IMG/VR virus record: IMGVR_UViG_2724679131_000001
Coordinates: 3,037-67,036 of that record
Direction: 5' to 3' (one strand)
Length of the DNA stretch: 64,000 nucleotides
Source: a virus
Taxonomy: Duplodnaviria; Caudoviricetes
The translations under genes were made by a program, and so were the position numbers. The notes beneath the pieces were generated by a model. The model had not been told where the DNA came from. It made no database searches and worked only from the letters and a program-made list of their open reading frames with translations. Positions 7,793 to 18,121 of the stretch are shown one piece after another; within the stretch, counting starts at the first letter, position 1; every line of letters starts with the position of its first letter.

Positions 7793-10300
7793 TTAGAAAA
7801 CCGGGAATACCGTATGAATAGGGAACCAATACCCGGTGTCTATGTTACCCGCGCCAGATGTTACAAATTCTAACACAAGAGACCCGTCGAGATTTACTGA
7901 CCAACGAGCCGCGTTAGCAAAACCACTTGTATTCGTGGTATTTTGGATGTAAGTCCACAACGTAGTAACAGGGCGATAGCCATCCGGCAGTGTAGCGTAA
8001 GTAACACCCGTTCTATTGATCCCTTTCATCGCACCACGTAGGACTACAAAACCGCCTATTCTCGTGTATTGCGGTACTTGTCCGGTGGAAAACGCAATAG
8101 CACCGTTTTGGAGTGGCAAGTCGTACCATGTTGCGGATGACAAATCATTAATGATGTCTATATAATGCTTCCCGTCCAATAAATCAGCATCCAGCCCGCT
8201 TCCAGACCCCTTTGCAACGTCAATAGTAATCGCTTTATTTGCGACATCGGTCATAAGGGATACCGCCCCGGATGGTACTAATGATAATGTGTCTGTGGCA
8301 TTACCCGCCGCAATGGCGTTAAGTCCTATTCTAACATTAGAAAACGCATTTTGATTTGGCTGCGCCCCGGCGGAAATACCATCGAGTTTCGCCTTATCGC
8401 TCGAAGACATCAGACCATTTGACGATGACGTGGCTGTTGCCGTCGTCGCGAAATAACTTGAATCGTGCCCATCGAGTAGGTCCGCGTCAAGCCCGGAGTC
8501 AGAACCGTCGACCGTCTTTAATTTTGCCAAAACATCGTCGGTGGTATAACTAGCCGCAGGGAGAAATTTACCATCTGCGTATGCCTTTGCGCTAGATAGC
8601 GCTGCGTCTGCTTTTCCCTGCGCCATACTGTCCGCTTCATCCTTCGTGTACGCTCCGACTTGCGCCGCTGTTACGTTGTGAGGGTTAGCTTTGTTGTTTA
8701 CGTGGCCGTCCACTTTTGAGGCCGTGCTGTCCAGCGTTTGCGATAGCGTATTAAATTGGGCAACGGTTGCCATGTCCTCTGGTGCTGGTGTCCAGTCGGT
8801 GGCAATCGAACCCTGTTCAACCTTCACATCGTCTATTGCTAACCATGCGTATCCAGATACAACATGTCCAAATCTTAATCTTATTTTTGAAGTTGAATTT
8901 GGAACTGTAACTGTGAAAGATACTCTCCTCCAAACTTTGTCGCTTATTATTGCGCTGTGACCATTTAAATTAGCGATTACTTCACCGGTATCAGCATCGT
9001 AAAGATAGTCGGAACTTCCTATTAAAGCACCTGCGCCTGCAATCCAATATGATATTGTATAAGTCTTACCACCTTCAACTTTAACAGTATTAGGGAAGAA
9101 TCCATACATATCATCAGTTGCGCCACTAGGATTGTTTATAAATAAACAGTAATCGCCTGAGTGTGGATTCATGTTGCCATAATCAAAACCTTTTCCCACA
9201 ATTTTTGTTTCCATATTAGGAGTATTAAGATCTATCAAATTTGTGCCATTTTCAAAACCGCCGTCAAGAAGTAGGTTCTTACCAGTAACCACCGTTTGTA
9301 CATTTGAAATCATGCTCGTCAAACTGTTTGCAGTAGCCGTTAGTGCCGTCTGTGTGGCGTACTTTTTGTCTGCATCCACAGCAGATAGTGCATCCGTAAT
9401 GCCGTAACCCGCCAATGTCGTCGGTTTTCCGCTAGTAATCTTCGACCAGTCTAAATTAGGAATATCTTCCGCTGTGAGCGATGTTCCGTCCGTTACGCGT
9501 CCCTTTGTATCTACCGTAACTTTCGGGTATGTCCCGGCTTTTACGCCTGTATTTGCCAACGTTGCTGCGATTGTAGCATTCGCAGAGCCGTCAAAGCTAG
9601 CAGAACCTGTTACGTCTCCGCTTAACGCAAGCGTTCGGGCTGCTTGCAATTTTGTCGCTGTTGCCACGTTGCTGTCGATCGTAGCGACCGTTTTCCACGC
9701 TAACCATGCGGTGCCGTTGTAAAATCGTGTGTAGGCGAGCCCGGTCGATAAGTCCATCGCTAGCTGACTGTGCGTTGCCGAGCCCGCCATATGCAAGATA
9801 AGCATGGGGTTTTGCGTTGGTGCGTTCGCAATCCCGGAACCACCGTAAAAACCTCCCATAGTCGGCGAGTTAGCGTCTGTAATCGTGTTTCTAATCGAGC
9901 CTATTCCGAACGTTTGCACCCACGCTTTGGCGGCAGCAAGTGCCGCATCCGCTTTAGCTTGCGAATCCGACTGAATATCGCTAAAGTGCTTTCCGTCCAC
10001 GAGGTCAGCGTCAACCCCGCTGTTTGCCCCGTCAACCGTCTTTAGCTTCGTTAGTACGTCCGCGGCTGTATAGTTTTCCGCCGGCAGCATACCGTTCCAT
10101 CTGGTGCGCTCGTCCGCAGTAATATGCCGAGTATTATCCGCTTTATGTGTGTCTATACTCGATTGTACGTCATTCGTCTTTTTCTGCACGCCGCTGTCAA
10201 CGGCATCGGCAAGTGCGTTCATATCCCGCACAATGTCCGCTGTCATATCGCCCGTGATTTTCGGTAAATTAAGATTAGGCGTATTCGCCATTTTTACCAC
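7793..10300 (-). CDS. Tail fibre / receptor-binding protein
   Basis: GxDADLLDG repeats, AGTYPKVTVDTKGRVT and PTTLAGYGITDA fibre repeats, NLLLDGGFE CBM-like domain. Confidence 0.88.
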   Translation of the reverse strand: MVKMANTPNLNLPKITGDMTADIVRDMNALADAVDSGVQKKTNDVQSSIDTHKADNTRHITADERTRWNGMLPAENYTAADVLTKLKTVDGANSGVDADLVDGKHFSDIQSDSQAKADAALAAAKAWVQTFGIGSIRNTITDANSPTMGGFYGGSGIANAPTQNPMLILHMAGSATHSQLAMDLSTGLAYTRFYNGTAWLAWKTVATIDSNVATATKLQAARTLALSGDVTGSASFDGSANATIAATLANTGVKAGTYPKVTVDTKGRVTDGTSLTAEDIPNLDWSKITSGKPTTLAGYGITDALSAVDADKKYATQTALTATANSLTSMISNVQTVVTGKNLLLDGGFENGTNLIDLNTPNMETKIVGKGFDYGNMNPHSGDYCLFINNPSGATDDMYGFFPNTVKVEGGKTYTISYWIAGAGALIGSSDYLYDADTGEVIANLNGHSAIISDKVWRRVSFTVTVPNSTSKIRLRFGHVVSGYAWLAIDDVKVEQGSIATDWTPAPEDMATVAQFNTLSQTLDSTASKVDGHVNNKANPHNVTAAQVGAYTKDEADSMAQGKADAALSSAKAYADGKFLPAASYTTDDVLAKLKTVDGSDSGLDADLLDGHDSSYFATTATATSSSNGLMSSSDKAKLDGISAGAQPNQNAFSNVRIGLNAIAAGNATDTLSLVPSGAVSLMTDVANKAITIDVAKGSGSGLDADLLDGKHYIDIINDLSSATWYDLPLQNGAIAFSTGQVPQYTRIGGFVVLRGAMKGINRTGVTYATLPDGYRPVTTLWTYIQNTTNTSGFANAARWSVNLDGSLVLEFVTSGAGNIDTGYWFPIHTVFPVF

Positions 10301-10872
10301 CGCCCGTTGTAAATTTGCGCATAGGTCAGCCCAGACGTTGCCATATCGCTATATGTCTTGTATTCTTCTGTAACCATGTCGTATGTGGCATACGTAAACG
10401 AGTAATTAATCGCCAAATGTGCGGGAATTATGTCTCGTAGCGCATCCTTTACGTCCTGCAAATTCGGCGGGACCCCGAGTTTTCCGATAAACTTAACATT
10501 TATCGTATAATTTTTTGGGTCTTCCGATACATCAACCTCGCCATACTGAAACGATTCAGCGACGTTTTTTATTACGGATACCGTTACCGTTCCGAACATT
10601 CTTAGCTTTGATTTTATAGCCGATCGCCGCTGGTCTAATGGCTTCGTTTCATCCGTCGGTATGCCAAACATTTTTTCCCATCTTCCAAGCCCCCACGTTG
10701 CTGTATCGATGTAAAACTGCGCCAGTACATCGGCAATGTCGGCGTTCAGCTTTTCTATTTCGATGGCATATGCGTTTAGCACCGCTTGTGCTTCTGTTAT
10801 CTCGTCATAATAGCGCGGTATATATCCTTGCATCGCTTCAAGTGCCGATCGCACGTACGTTGTATCAGACAC
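10294..10872 (-). CDS. Baseplate wedge protein (YmfQ/DUF2313, XkdU-like)
   Basis: QFYIDTATWGL..WE, IPAHL. Confidence 0.85.
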   Translation of the reverse strand: MSDTTYVRSALEAMQGYIPRYYDEITEAQAVLNAYAIEIEKLNADIADVLAQFYIDTATWGLGRWEKMFGIPTDETKPLDQRRSAIKSKLRMFGTVTVSVIKNVAESFQYGEVDVSEDPKNYTINVKFIGKLGVPPNLQDVKDALRDIIPAHLAINYSFTYATYDMVTEEYKTYSDMATSGLTYAQIYNGRW

Positions 10873-11914
10873 TTAATTTCACCTCGCCAACTACACCAAT
10901 CTGCCCGTCCGCGAGCTGAATATTCGCAGTCGTCCCATTTACGGTAAAATTCGAGTAGTCAATAATCGGTGTCGATAGCAGCAGATTCGCAATGTGCGTA
11001 TAGCGGATTAATTCGCTCGTAAAAGCGATCGATTTTAGGTACTCCGTTAGCGCCTTGGTAAACTGTGCTTTTACTTCGTCAATGCTAGCGTCTTTTGCAA
11101 GCGTTACGGTGGCGGACACGTTTATCGGCAGTTCGTCCGCACCGACGACTGTAACAGCCGCTCCTATCGGCTTTTGCTCGTTTATATAGTCTGCGGTAGC
11201 AGTAACGATCGCTTGAGATGGTGCTCGTTTTTCGGTGTCGAGCAACACGACTTTAACCGTGCCGGGGCCGTACGCTAACGGGGTTACTCTCGCATCACCT
11301 ACGCCAGTCACCTCTAGTGCCCACTGCCGATAGTGACTAGCGTTTCCGGACGTCGCCGGATGCTGCAACCGGTCGATTACCCGAGCATATAAGTCCTCGC
11401 TTGTTTCAGCGTCTACACCGCCCGCAAAATACGTTTCGTTTGTGACCGATACAATGCCGAACAAGTCGCCAGGCGCAAGCGCATTAATTTCACCAGCGCC
11501 TACGTTTCCAACCGTACCGCCTTCTTCGGCAGTCGCGCTTACTGTTGCGGATCCGCCGGTCAGGGTTACGTCGCGGTCTGTCGTAAAGTACACGCCGGTG
11601 TTCGTTTGCAGCCGTGTGCCCGCCGGCACGACAATTCCATCGGGACCGGTTAGTTTAACGGTGCCGATCGCAGCAATTGCAGGCTTTCGTTTAATGCCAA
11701 AGCTCGCTGCCCACAAGTCCATGTGCGTGTCGTCAGTTGTTTCGGCAAAACCGAGTTCGAGCACGTTGTCAAGCGCTATATAGGCGTTTCCTATTTCGAT
11801 TGCGCCCGGATAGGTTAAGTCCCACGCGGGCGACCCTTCGCGTTTATCGATGGTATCATCGATGTTACCGAGCATGCTTTCAAATATGGATTCCGCCGTT
11901 TTATCCTCAAACAT
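10865..11914 (-). CDS. Baseplate J-like protein
   Basis: DKREGS, GGVDAE, SGN..HY.QWA, GPGTVKV. Confidence 0.92.
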   Translation of the reverse strand: MFEDKTAESIFESMLGNIDDTIDKREGSPAWDLTYPGAIEIGNAYIALDNVLELGFAETTDDTHMDLWAASFGIKRKPAIAAIGTVKLTGPDGIVVPAGTRLQTNTGVYFTTDRDVTLTGGSATVSATAEEGGTVGNVGAGEINALAPGDLFGIVSVTNETYFAGGVDAETSEDLYARVIDRLQHPATSGNASHYRQWALEVTGVGDARVTPLAYGPGTVKVVLLDTEKRAPSQAIVTATADYINEQKPIGAAVTVVGADELPINVSATVTLAKDASIDEVKAQFTKALTEYLKSIAFTSELIRYTHIANLLLSTPIIDYSNFTVNGTTANIQLADGQIGVVGEVKLSV

Positions 11915-12350
11915 CTATCGCCACCTCCTCTACTATTTGTTCTCCGTCGTCGGCCTTTGTAACGGTCACCGTAAGGTAAACCGTACCGCCATCGTTTGTG
12001 TACGAAACGTCCACAGAATCTATCCGGTCGTCATATATTAGCGCGTCCTCAATCATACGCGGAATCTCCGAGTCTAATAAATCCGGCGTAGCATCGGCGC
12101 CGATTAGGTCAAAAAGATCATTTCCGTAATCGTCCGAATAAATAGCAAACCTGTCGCGCGGTGTAATCAATGCCTTGGCGATATACTGCCGTAGTGCATC
12201 GTCGCCGTCTATAAAACCGCCTAGCCTACCCCGCTCAAAGTCGAGTTTCCACGTTTTCGTAGGCTCCTTGCTCGCGGCTTCGTCCGCAAGATCGACGGCA
12301 TCAACGTACTCATCCAATGCTGCTGTATCGTTATCGGGTGTAAGTGCCAT
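11907..12350 (-). CDS. Baseplate protein XkdS/DUF2634-like
   Basis: TWKLDF, KALITPRDRFAIYS.DYG, EDALIYDDRI. Confidence 0.85.
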   Translation of the reverse strand: MALTPDNDTAALDEYVDAVDLADEAASKEPTKTWKLDFERGRLGGFIDGDDALRQYIAKALITPRDRFAIYSDDYGNDLFDLIGADATPDLLDSEIPRMIEDALIYDDRIDSVDVSYTNDGGTVYLTVTVTKADDGEQIVEEVAIDV

Positions 12351-12640
12351 TACGTCACCACCTTGTCAATTACGTAATAGGTTTGGCCGTCCTCGTCACT
12401 GGCGATTAATACCGTGGCACCACTTAATAAACCGGCATCTAACGCCGTTTTCGTTAAAATAATGTCGTCAGCATCCAGCTCAATGCCATCGGATAGCTTG
12501 ACCGAAATACTCGGAGGTGGCGCCGTGATCGTGCCTAGTTCCAAGCCAATGCCACGATTATAACCGTGCTTGCGTATAAGTTGCACCATTTTCGACGCTG
12601 GACTTCCTTCAATATTCAGCCGTTTATCCACGTTCACCAC
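12350..12640 (-). CDS. Baseplate spike XkdR/DUF2577-like
   Basis: LELGTI..PP, GQTYYVIDKV. Confidence 0.75.
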   Translation of the reverse strand: MVNVDKRLNIEGSPASKMVQLIRKHGYNRGIGLELGTITAPPPSISVKLSDGIELDADDIILTKTALDAGLLSGATVLIASDEDGQTYYVIDKVVT

Positions 12641-12643
12641 CTC

Positions 12644-13657
12644 CTAAGATTTCGTAGGGTCTTCGTAATCTATTTCGTTTAGTTCGAGCGTCTTGCTCAC
12701 CTTTAACGACATCGTATGGCTACCGTTTGGCGAATACGTATGCGTGTCGGTTAGTACGTAAAAGCCGCCGCTTAGCCCCGTCATTTTTTCGGTAACGACG
12801 ACCTGCTTGCCGGCAATAATCGCTGAGTCGCCGAGTGCTTCAACATTTGATTCCGTCGTTACTTTGTTCAGCTCTTTAAGCAGCTGCTTCGCAAGCGTTC
12901 TGTTTTTAGCATCCGTATTATCGGGTTCATCCTTTTTCTCGCGCATCAAACCGTATTTTTTAATCGATGTATTATCGCTAACGGTAACGCCGGCAGCATC
13001 TGCGCCCCTTTTTCCGGTAATACGCACAGAGTTCCGTAAGTCTTCGATTGACTGCGAATAGTCTGCGCTAAGTAAATTCGACCCATCCGTGATGATGAGC
13101 CGTTTTACTTGCTTTTTGCGCTCGCGTAACGTTAGCTTTCCTTTTTCGTTGCCTAAAATAAAAACGCGCCCCGTTTTCTTTTTCGTTTCGGTTAGCGCGA
13201 TTGTAATCACGTCGTATAGAGTTTTATCACGGAAAATTAGCTTCGGAAATACATAGCCGGTATCGTCAATTGTTCCGTAACCGATTCCGTATTTCTTGCA
13301 TATCGATTTAATCATTTGCGAAGCCTTTATTTTCGTAAACTTTAGGGAGTCGGTATTTTTTGTAAGATACCGATTATAATCGTTCGCTGTGATCGTCATT
13401 TCGCCGGTATCCTTTATTTCCGTCTGAAAAATGATACCGCGGAATATTTCGTTATTATTTTCGTACACGCGTATTTCCTTGCCAAGTGAAAACGCAACAG
13501 CTTGTGTGTTGCCGTTTTTCGTGTTTAACAAGTTAATTGTGCAAGTGCGATCAGCCTGTGTTACATCTCCGCTTGTCTGTACTTGCGTTACCAGCTCCGT
13601 AATATAGTAGACTTTATTTCCACTGTAATATAGTACCTTTAGGTTGCTCGCAGTCAC
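12644..13657 (-). CDS. Baseplate hub XkdQ/YqbQ-like
   Basis: IFRGIIF, SIKKYGL, position after the LysM gene. Confidence 0.85.
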   Translation of the reverse strand: MTASNLKVLYYSGNKVYYITELVTQVQTSGDVTQADRTCTINLLNTKNGNTQAVAFSLGKEIRVYENNNEIFRGIIFQTEIKDTGEMTITANDYNRYLTKNTDSLKFTKIKASQMIKSICKKYGIGYGTIDDTGYVFPKLIFRDKTLYDVITIALTETKKKTGRVFILGNEKGKLTLRERKKQVKRLIITDGSNLLSADYSQSIEDLRNSVRITGKRGADAAGVTVSDNTSIKKYGLMREKKDEPDNTDAKNRTLAKQLLKELNKVTTESNVEALGDSAIIAGKQVVVTEKMTGLSGGFYVLTDTHTYSPNGSHTMSLKVSKTLELNEIDYEDPTKS

Positions 13658-14307
13658 AGCGGAATCACCAGCTTTTGCCCCGGATAAATAAGGTTCGGAT
13701 TTTTACCGATAACCTTTTTATTAGCATTATAGATTTTACGCCAGTCCGAGCCTTTCCCATAATATCGTTTAGCGATTTTCCATAAACAGTCACCCTTTTT
13801 AACCGTATATGTCTTAGACTTCTTTTTCGGCTTGGATGGCCGCTTTTTAGCTGCTGGCTTCTTTTTGGTCGTTACCGTTGCGGTCTTGATCGTAACATCG
13901 CGGTACTCCTTAAGATTTAGCGTAAAATATATATCACCGGGTGAGCCAAATTTTTCTGCATTTACCTCGAAATCTCGAATCGTTACCTTCACGTTAACGC
14001 CGCCGGCACCAGTCACAACGAATCTGATGGGCTCGCGCTCATCTCGCCAACTTTCGATTTTCTTTACAAAACTTGCCGGCGATATAAACCCGCGGTAATT
14101 GCAATATACGGGATTATAAGACGCCGGCCAAAACGTTTCTATCGAAAAGTCACGTTGTTTACGATAGCCAATCCGCGTAATCTCCCCGAGCCCAGCCACC
14201 GTTGTTTCGTCGTAGTCAAAGCTCGATGTGTACGAATTAGATGGAGGATTTACAGGCAGCCGCAGCTTCTCCTTGCCGTTAATAAGCCAAAATTCAACCG
14301 CCATCAT
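13654..14307 (-). CDS. XkdP-like LysM tail protein
   Basis: LPVNP, GDIYF.L.LKEYR, C-terminal LysM. Confidence 0.88.
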   Translation of the reverse strand: MMAVEFWLINGKEKLRLPVNPPSNSYTSSFDYDETTVAGLGEITRIGYRKQRDFSIETFWPASYNPVYCNYRGFISPASFVKKIESWRDEREPIRFVVTGAGGVNVKVTIRDFEVNAEKFGSPGDIYFTLNLKEYRDVTIKTATVTTKKKPAAKKRPSKPKKKSKTYTVKKGDCLWKIAKRYYGKGSDWRKIYNANKKVIGKNPNLIYPGQKLVIPL

Positions 14308-17300
14308 GCGCCACCTTCCCCTGCTATTTCGATTTTCCGCGCCATAATATCCAACAGTTGATCGGCTGCTTTTTCAAGATTGCCGCCAACGCCATGCAGG
14401 TGAATTCCACCTTGAATGACGATCGTGCCGCCACCGCGTCCATTCCGCCACTGCCTCGCTTCGTCGCGTGTCAATACTGTTTCGTCTTTGTGCAGCCGTG
14501 CCTTAAAGCCGTCGTACGGTACCCGGTTAAGTCCGCCATTATACCCTTTGTAGCTTCCGCCTCTAAACAACGGCGTATTATAAACGGAACCATAGCGCCC
14601 CTTGATATACCGGATAGCTGCGATTGCGTTGTGTACCGGATTCAAGATATTGCCGAACCCCTTCATTGCATGAGCCGCGAATGTAGACGGCAACATTTGC
14701 AAAAGGCCGGTCGCATGCTGGCCAAGAACGGTTATCGGGTTGACCGCGTTCGGGTTCCCGCCCGATTCGGCATTGACAAGTTTTTGCAGGCCCGGCAGCC
14801 ATGATAGCGGCGTACCGGTTGCGCCGAGTGCGGCCGTTAGCCAGCTCGTAGCATTGCCGCTGCCGCCGGAGCCACCACCGCCTAGCAATCCGGAGAAGAA
14901 GCCTTTAATAGCTTTCCATCCTTTCAACACGCCGCCGCCGAAATCTTTCAGGACAGATTCGCCGAATTGCTTCAAGTTACCGGCCGATAATCCGTTAATC
15001 AACCCTTGTACGATGTGGCCACCCATTTTGGTAAACACGCGAGACGGGGAATTGATGCCGAGAATTTTCCTGAATTTACTTACAAGTTTTTTCGCCAATT
15101 CTGCGATTCCGTGAACGGCATCTTTTGCCTTGTTGACAATGCCGTTACCGATCTTACCAGGCAACGCCTTTGCACTGTCTACTATTTCGGAAAACTTCTT
15201 CTTAACGGCGGTTTTCATCGCCTTCATTGCGTTACCGACGTTTTTAACTGCGGTCACAAAACCGTTTTTGATGCTGCTTCCGATTTTCGGAATCGTAACG
15301 GTAAAGAACGACACGAGACCGTTCCAGATGGACCGAAGGACTTTACCCAGTCCGTGCATGATTGCCGATACACTAGATCCCAGCAGCCTGAAAATGCCGA
15401 CCGCTTCGCCTTTCAGCGCAGACACATAGCCCATTATAACGGACTTAATGCCGCGCCAAATCTGCCCGGCCGCGCCACGCAAGTTATTAAAAATTGCGGC
15501 CGCATCCGTTTTGAGTCGACGGAAGTTTCCGGTCACTAAATCATAAAGCAGGATGACCGGCCCGAGTACAACGTTTTTGATCGCCGTCCATATTCCGCCA
15601 GCAATCGCTTTTATGCCGTTAAAAATTTGCATTATGCCGGGCTTCATGCGGTTAAAAATCGACAGTACGGCACTTGCAATCGGCCTTACGACAGCAAGAA
15701 TCCCACTAACCAAAGCGTGCCAACCGACGATAGCCACCGTTTTCACTACGTTGGTTGCCGTTACAATTGCGCCGACGATGGAGTGGTAGACAGATACGAC
15801 GCCGCTTACCATCGAGTGTACGGCCGATACGACATTACTTGAAATTGCGCCCCAAAGTTGAACAGCTTTCGCTTTTATCGTGTCCCAGTTTTTCCAGAGA
15901 AGGACACCAGCGGCCACTACTGCCGCGATCGCAACCGCTATCCAAGTTAACGGGTTAGCGAGTAATGCAGCATTAAGCCCAAGTTCTGCCGCAGTAGCAA
16001 GCAACGTGCCTGCACGCCAAGCCTTCATTAATTTTACGATTGCGCTAATGATGGTTAGTCCGGTCATCGCGCTTTTAAATGTTACGACCGCCGCAGCCGC
16101 CCCGACTAGCGTATTAGATACAAGCCCCCAGTGCTGCGTTACAAAGCTAAAAAACGATTTTATTACGTTAAAGGCTACCGAAAATGCTGTCTTTACTGTG
16201 TCAGCGAAAGACGCTATTTGCGCCGGCTTTAATTTTGAAACCCAATCCGCCATTTGACCGGCGAAATTTTTAATTACAGGCATTAATGGCAGCAGTACCG
16301 CAATTTGCAACGTTTCCATCGCGCCTTTAAATTGTTCGACCGCCCCGCTTGCGTTGTCCATCTTCTTTTTAGCGACTTCCAGCGCCGTGACATTCGTCAT
16401 CTGCTTCGTAAAGTTTTTGACACCGTCTGCGCCTTCTTTATAAAGGATGTTGGCGGCACGGATGGCGTCTGTGCCGAACATTGTTTTCAGTGCATATTGG
16501 CGTTGTTCATCCGTCAGGTTTTTCAGTCGATCGTGAAGCAGCCCGGCAATTTTCGTTAGCGGTTTTAACTTGCCATTTTGGTCGTAAAAAGCACTGGATG
16601 CATATCCGGAATTCTTTGCGAGTTCTTGATATTCCTTTTTTACTTTGCTTGCAGATGCTCCGGCACCGGCTTGTATTTTTGCGAGCCGCTGCAATGCCGC
16701 TTCGATACTGTCGGTCGATTTTGACGCCGGTTTAATACCGCGGTCCACAAGCCAGTTGTACGCGGACGATGTATTTTTCGTCGCTAGTCCGAGCGAATCC
16801 ATCATATCGGCAGCCGATTTCGTCGATGGAGATAAGTTCATCAACATGGTTTTCAGTGACGTACCGGCATCAGAACCTTTTAAGCCTTTGTTCGCGAGCA
16901 AGCCGAGCGCCGCGTTCGTGTCTTTAAACGACAGCCTTACGCCCGCTGCAACGGACGCAACCTGCGAAAGCGAATATTTCAGGTCCATTACGTCTGTTGC
17001 CGATGCGTTTGCTGTGCCCGCGAGGATGTTTGCAGCGTCTGCCGCTTTCAAACCTTCATCCTTAAACGAGTTCAGCGCGGTCGACATAATTTCAGCAGCG
17101 TCCCCAAGTTCAAGCCCGCCGGCAGTAGCTAAGTTTAACGCGTTTTGCAACCCGCCTGCTTTTACCTGCGCTGGCGTTAAACCGGCTTTAAGCAGTTCCT
17201 CGATACCCTGCGCGGCTTCCATCGCGCTGTATTTCGTTTTGGCGCCCATCTGAATCGCTAAATCTTGCATTTGTTTCATCTGTGCGTTCGAAGCACCGGT

Positions 17301-17522
17301 GAGTGCCTGAATAGTCGACATTTCGCTTTCGAAATCCATCGTCTTTTTTACGCTGGAGTAAGCCGTTCCGATTGCCGCAGCTGCTCCGGTAATTGCCGAA
17401 AGAGACCCGACAACCTTGCCTGCGCCACTTCGCAGTTGATTCATGCTCCGCGCTGCGCTTGCCATGCCGGCATTAAACTGCCTTGAATCTAGCCGCAGTA
17501 CCGCCTTTAAATCAATTGCCAT
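14304..17522 (-). CDS. Tape measure protein with C-terminal lytic transglycosylase
   Basis: TP901-type TMP core (GSDAGTSLK), Trp/Phe repeats, AESGGNP..ATGLLQ SLT motif. Confidence 0.93.
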   Translation of the reverse strand: MAIDLKAVLRLDSRQFNAGMASAARSMNQLRSGAGKVVGSLSAITGAAAAIGTAYSSVKKTMDFESEMSTIQALTGASNAQMKQMQDLAIQMGAKTKYSAMEAAQGIEELLKAGLTPAQVKAGGLQNALNLATAGGLELGDAAEIMSTALNSFKDEGLKAADAANILAGTANASATDVMDLKYSLSQVASVAAGVRLSFKDTNAALGLLANKGLKGSDAGTSLKTMLMNLSPSTKSAADMMDSLGLATKNTSSAYNWLVDRGIKPASKSTDSIEAALQRLAKIQAGAGASASKVKKEYQELAKNSGYASSAFYDQNGKLKPLTKIAGLLHDRLKNLTDEQRQYALKTMFGTDAIRAANILYKEGADGVKNFTKQMTNVTALEVAKKKMDNASGAVEQFKGAMETLQIAVLLPLMPVIKNFAGQMADWVSKLKPAQIASFADTVKTAFSVAFNVIKSFFSFVTQHWGLVSNTLVGAAAAVVTFKSAMTGLTIISAIVKLMKAWRAGTLLATAAELGLNAALLANPLTWIAVAIAAVVAAGVLLWKNWDTIKAKAVQLWGAISSNVVSAVHSMVSGVVSVYHSIVGAIVTATNVVKTVAIVGWHALVSGILAVVRPIASAVLSIFNRMKPGIMQIFNGIKAIAGGIWTAIKNVVLGPVILLYDLVTGNFRRLKTDAAAIFNNLRGAAGQIWRGIKSVIMGYVSALKGEAVGIFRLLGSSVSAIMHGLGKVLRSIWNGLVSFFTVTIPKIGSSIKNGFVTAVKNVGNAMKAMKTAVKKKFSEIVDSAKALPGKIGNGIVNKAKDAVHGIAELAKKLVSKFRKILGINSPSRVFTKMGGHIVQGLINGLSAGNLKQFGESVLKDFGGGVLKGWKAIKGFFSGLLGGGGSGGSGNATSWLTAALGATGTPLSWLPGLQKLVNAESGGNPNAVNPITVLGQHATGLLQMLPSTFAAHAMKGFGNILNPVHNAIAAIRYIKGRYGSVYNTPLFRGGSYKGYNGGLNRVPYDGFKARLHKDETVLTRDEARQWRNGRGGGTIVIQGGIHLHGVGGNLEKAADQLLDIMARKIEIAGEGGA

Positions 17523-17525
17523 CCG

Positions 17526-17699
17526 CTAACCTCCTCTCCTGCTTTCTCGTTCTTCCTCTTCGAGCATTAAGTCCATCGATGCATACATAAAAGCACGTTG
17601 TTTCGGGGTTTTTGCATATACCTCATCCGGCGGAATATGGTGGCGCTGGAAAATGATGTGTATGTACGCCGCCTCTCCGTCGGATTCAATTAGTTTTTT
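17526..17699 (-). CDS. -1 frameshift extension of the tail assembly chaperone
   Basis: A-AAA-AAC slippery site at 17693-17699 before TAA; -1 frame reads LIESDGEAAYIHIIFQRHHIPPDEV...RAFMYASM to a stop at 17526. Confidence 0.8.
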   Translation of the reverse strand, partial: KKLIESDGEAAYIHIIFQRHHIPPDEVYAKTPKQRAFMYASMDLMLEEEERESRRGG

Positions 17700-18073
17700 G
17701 CCGCTTCAATTAGTTCTGCTAAGTCTCCGTAGCCGCTCGCTTCCATAATCGCTTGAACAAGTGATACAAGTTCGCCGGCCAGCAGTGCCTTTTGCACGCA
17801 GTCAGCAGCGTCTGTCGCGCCGTAATGTTCACGTAACTGTTCATCGTTAAAGTCAATCGATACGCAGCTTTTAGCAACCAGCAGCGCGTTAAATTTGTCT
17901 TCGTCCAACTCGTCGCCTTTTTTACCGAACATGCATTGCTCGCGGATTGCGTTCATTTCCTTAGTGCCTAAACCGCGTACTTCCAGTTCGACACCGAGCC
18001 GTTTGATTTCTACCTTTTTACGCACGTCTAAATCCGCATTCAAAAACGCCTCTAATGCGTTAACTTTCGCCAT
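17690..18073 (-). CDS. Tail assembly chaperone (XkdN-like)
   Basis: Lies between tube and TMP genes; LLAGE motif, ends AKN. Confidence 0.85.
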   Translation of the reverse strand: MAKVNALEAFLNADLDVRKKVEIKRLGVELEVRGLGTKEMNAIREQCMFGKKGDELDEDKFNALLVAKSCVSIDFNDEQLREHYGATDAADCVQKALLAGELVSLVQAIMEASGYGDLAELIEAAKN

Positions 18074-18121
18074 TTATATCATCCTCCGTAGGTTGTTTTC
18101 GAATTAAAAAAAAGGCGCCCA

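Noticed and set aside
7793-10300. Diversity-generating retroelement or shufflon acting on the tail fibre
   Set aside because: No reverse transcriptase, TR/VR pair or inverted alternative C-termini seen
14358-17486. Many long + strand ORFs opposite structural and replication genes (here and throughout)
   Set aside because: Antisense shadows of codon-biased genes; no RBS or motifs
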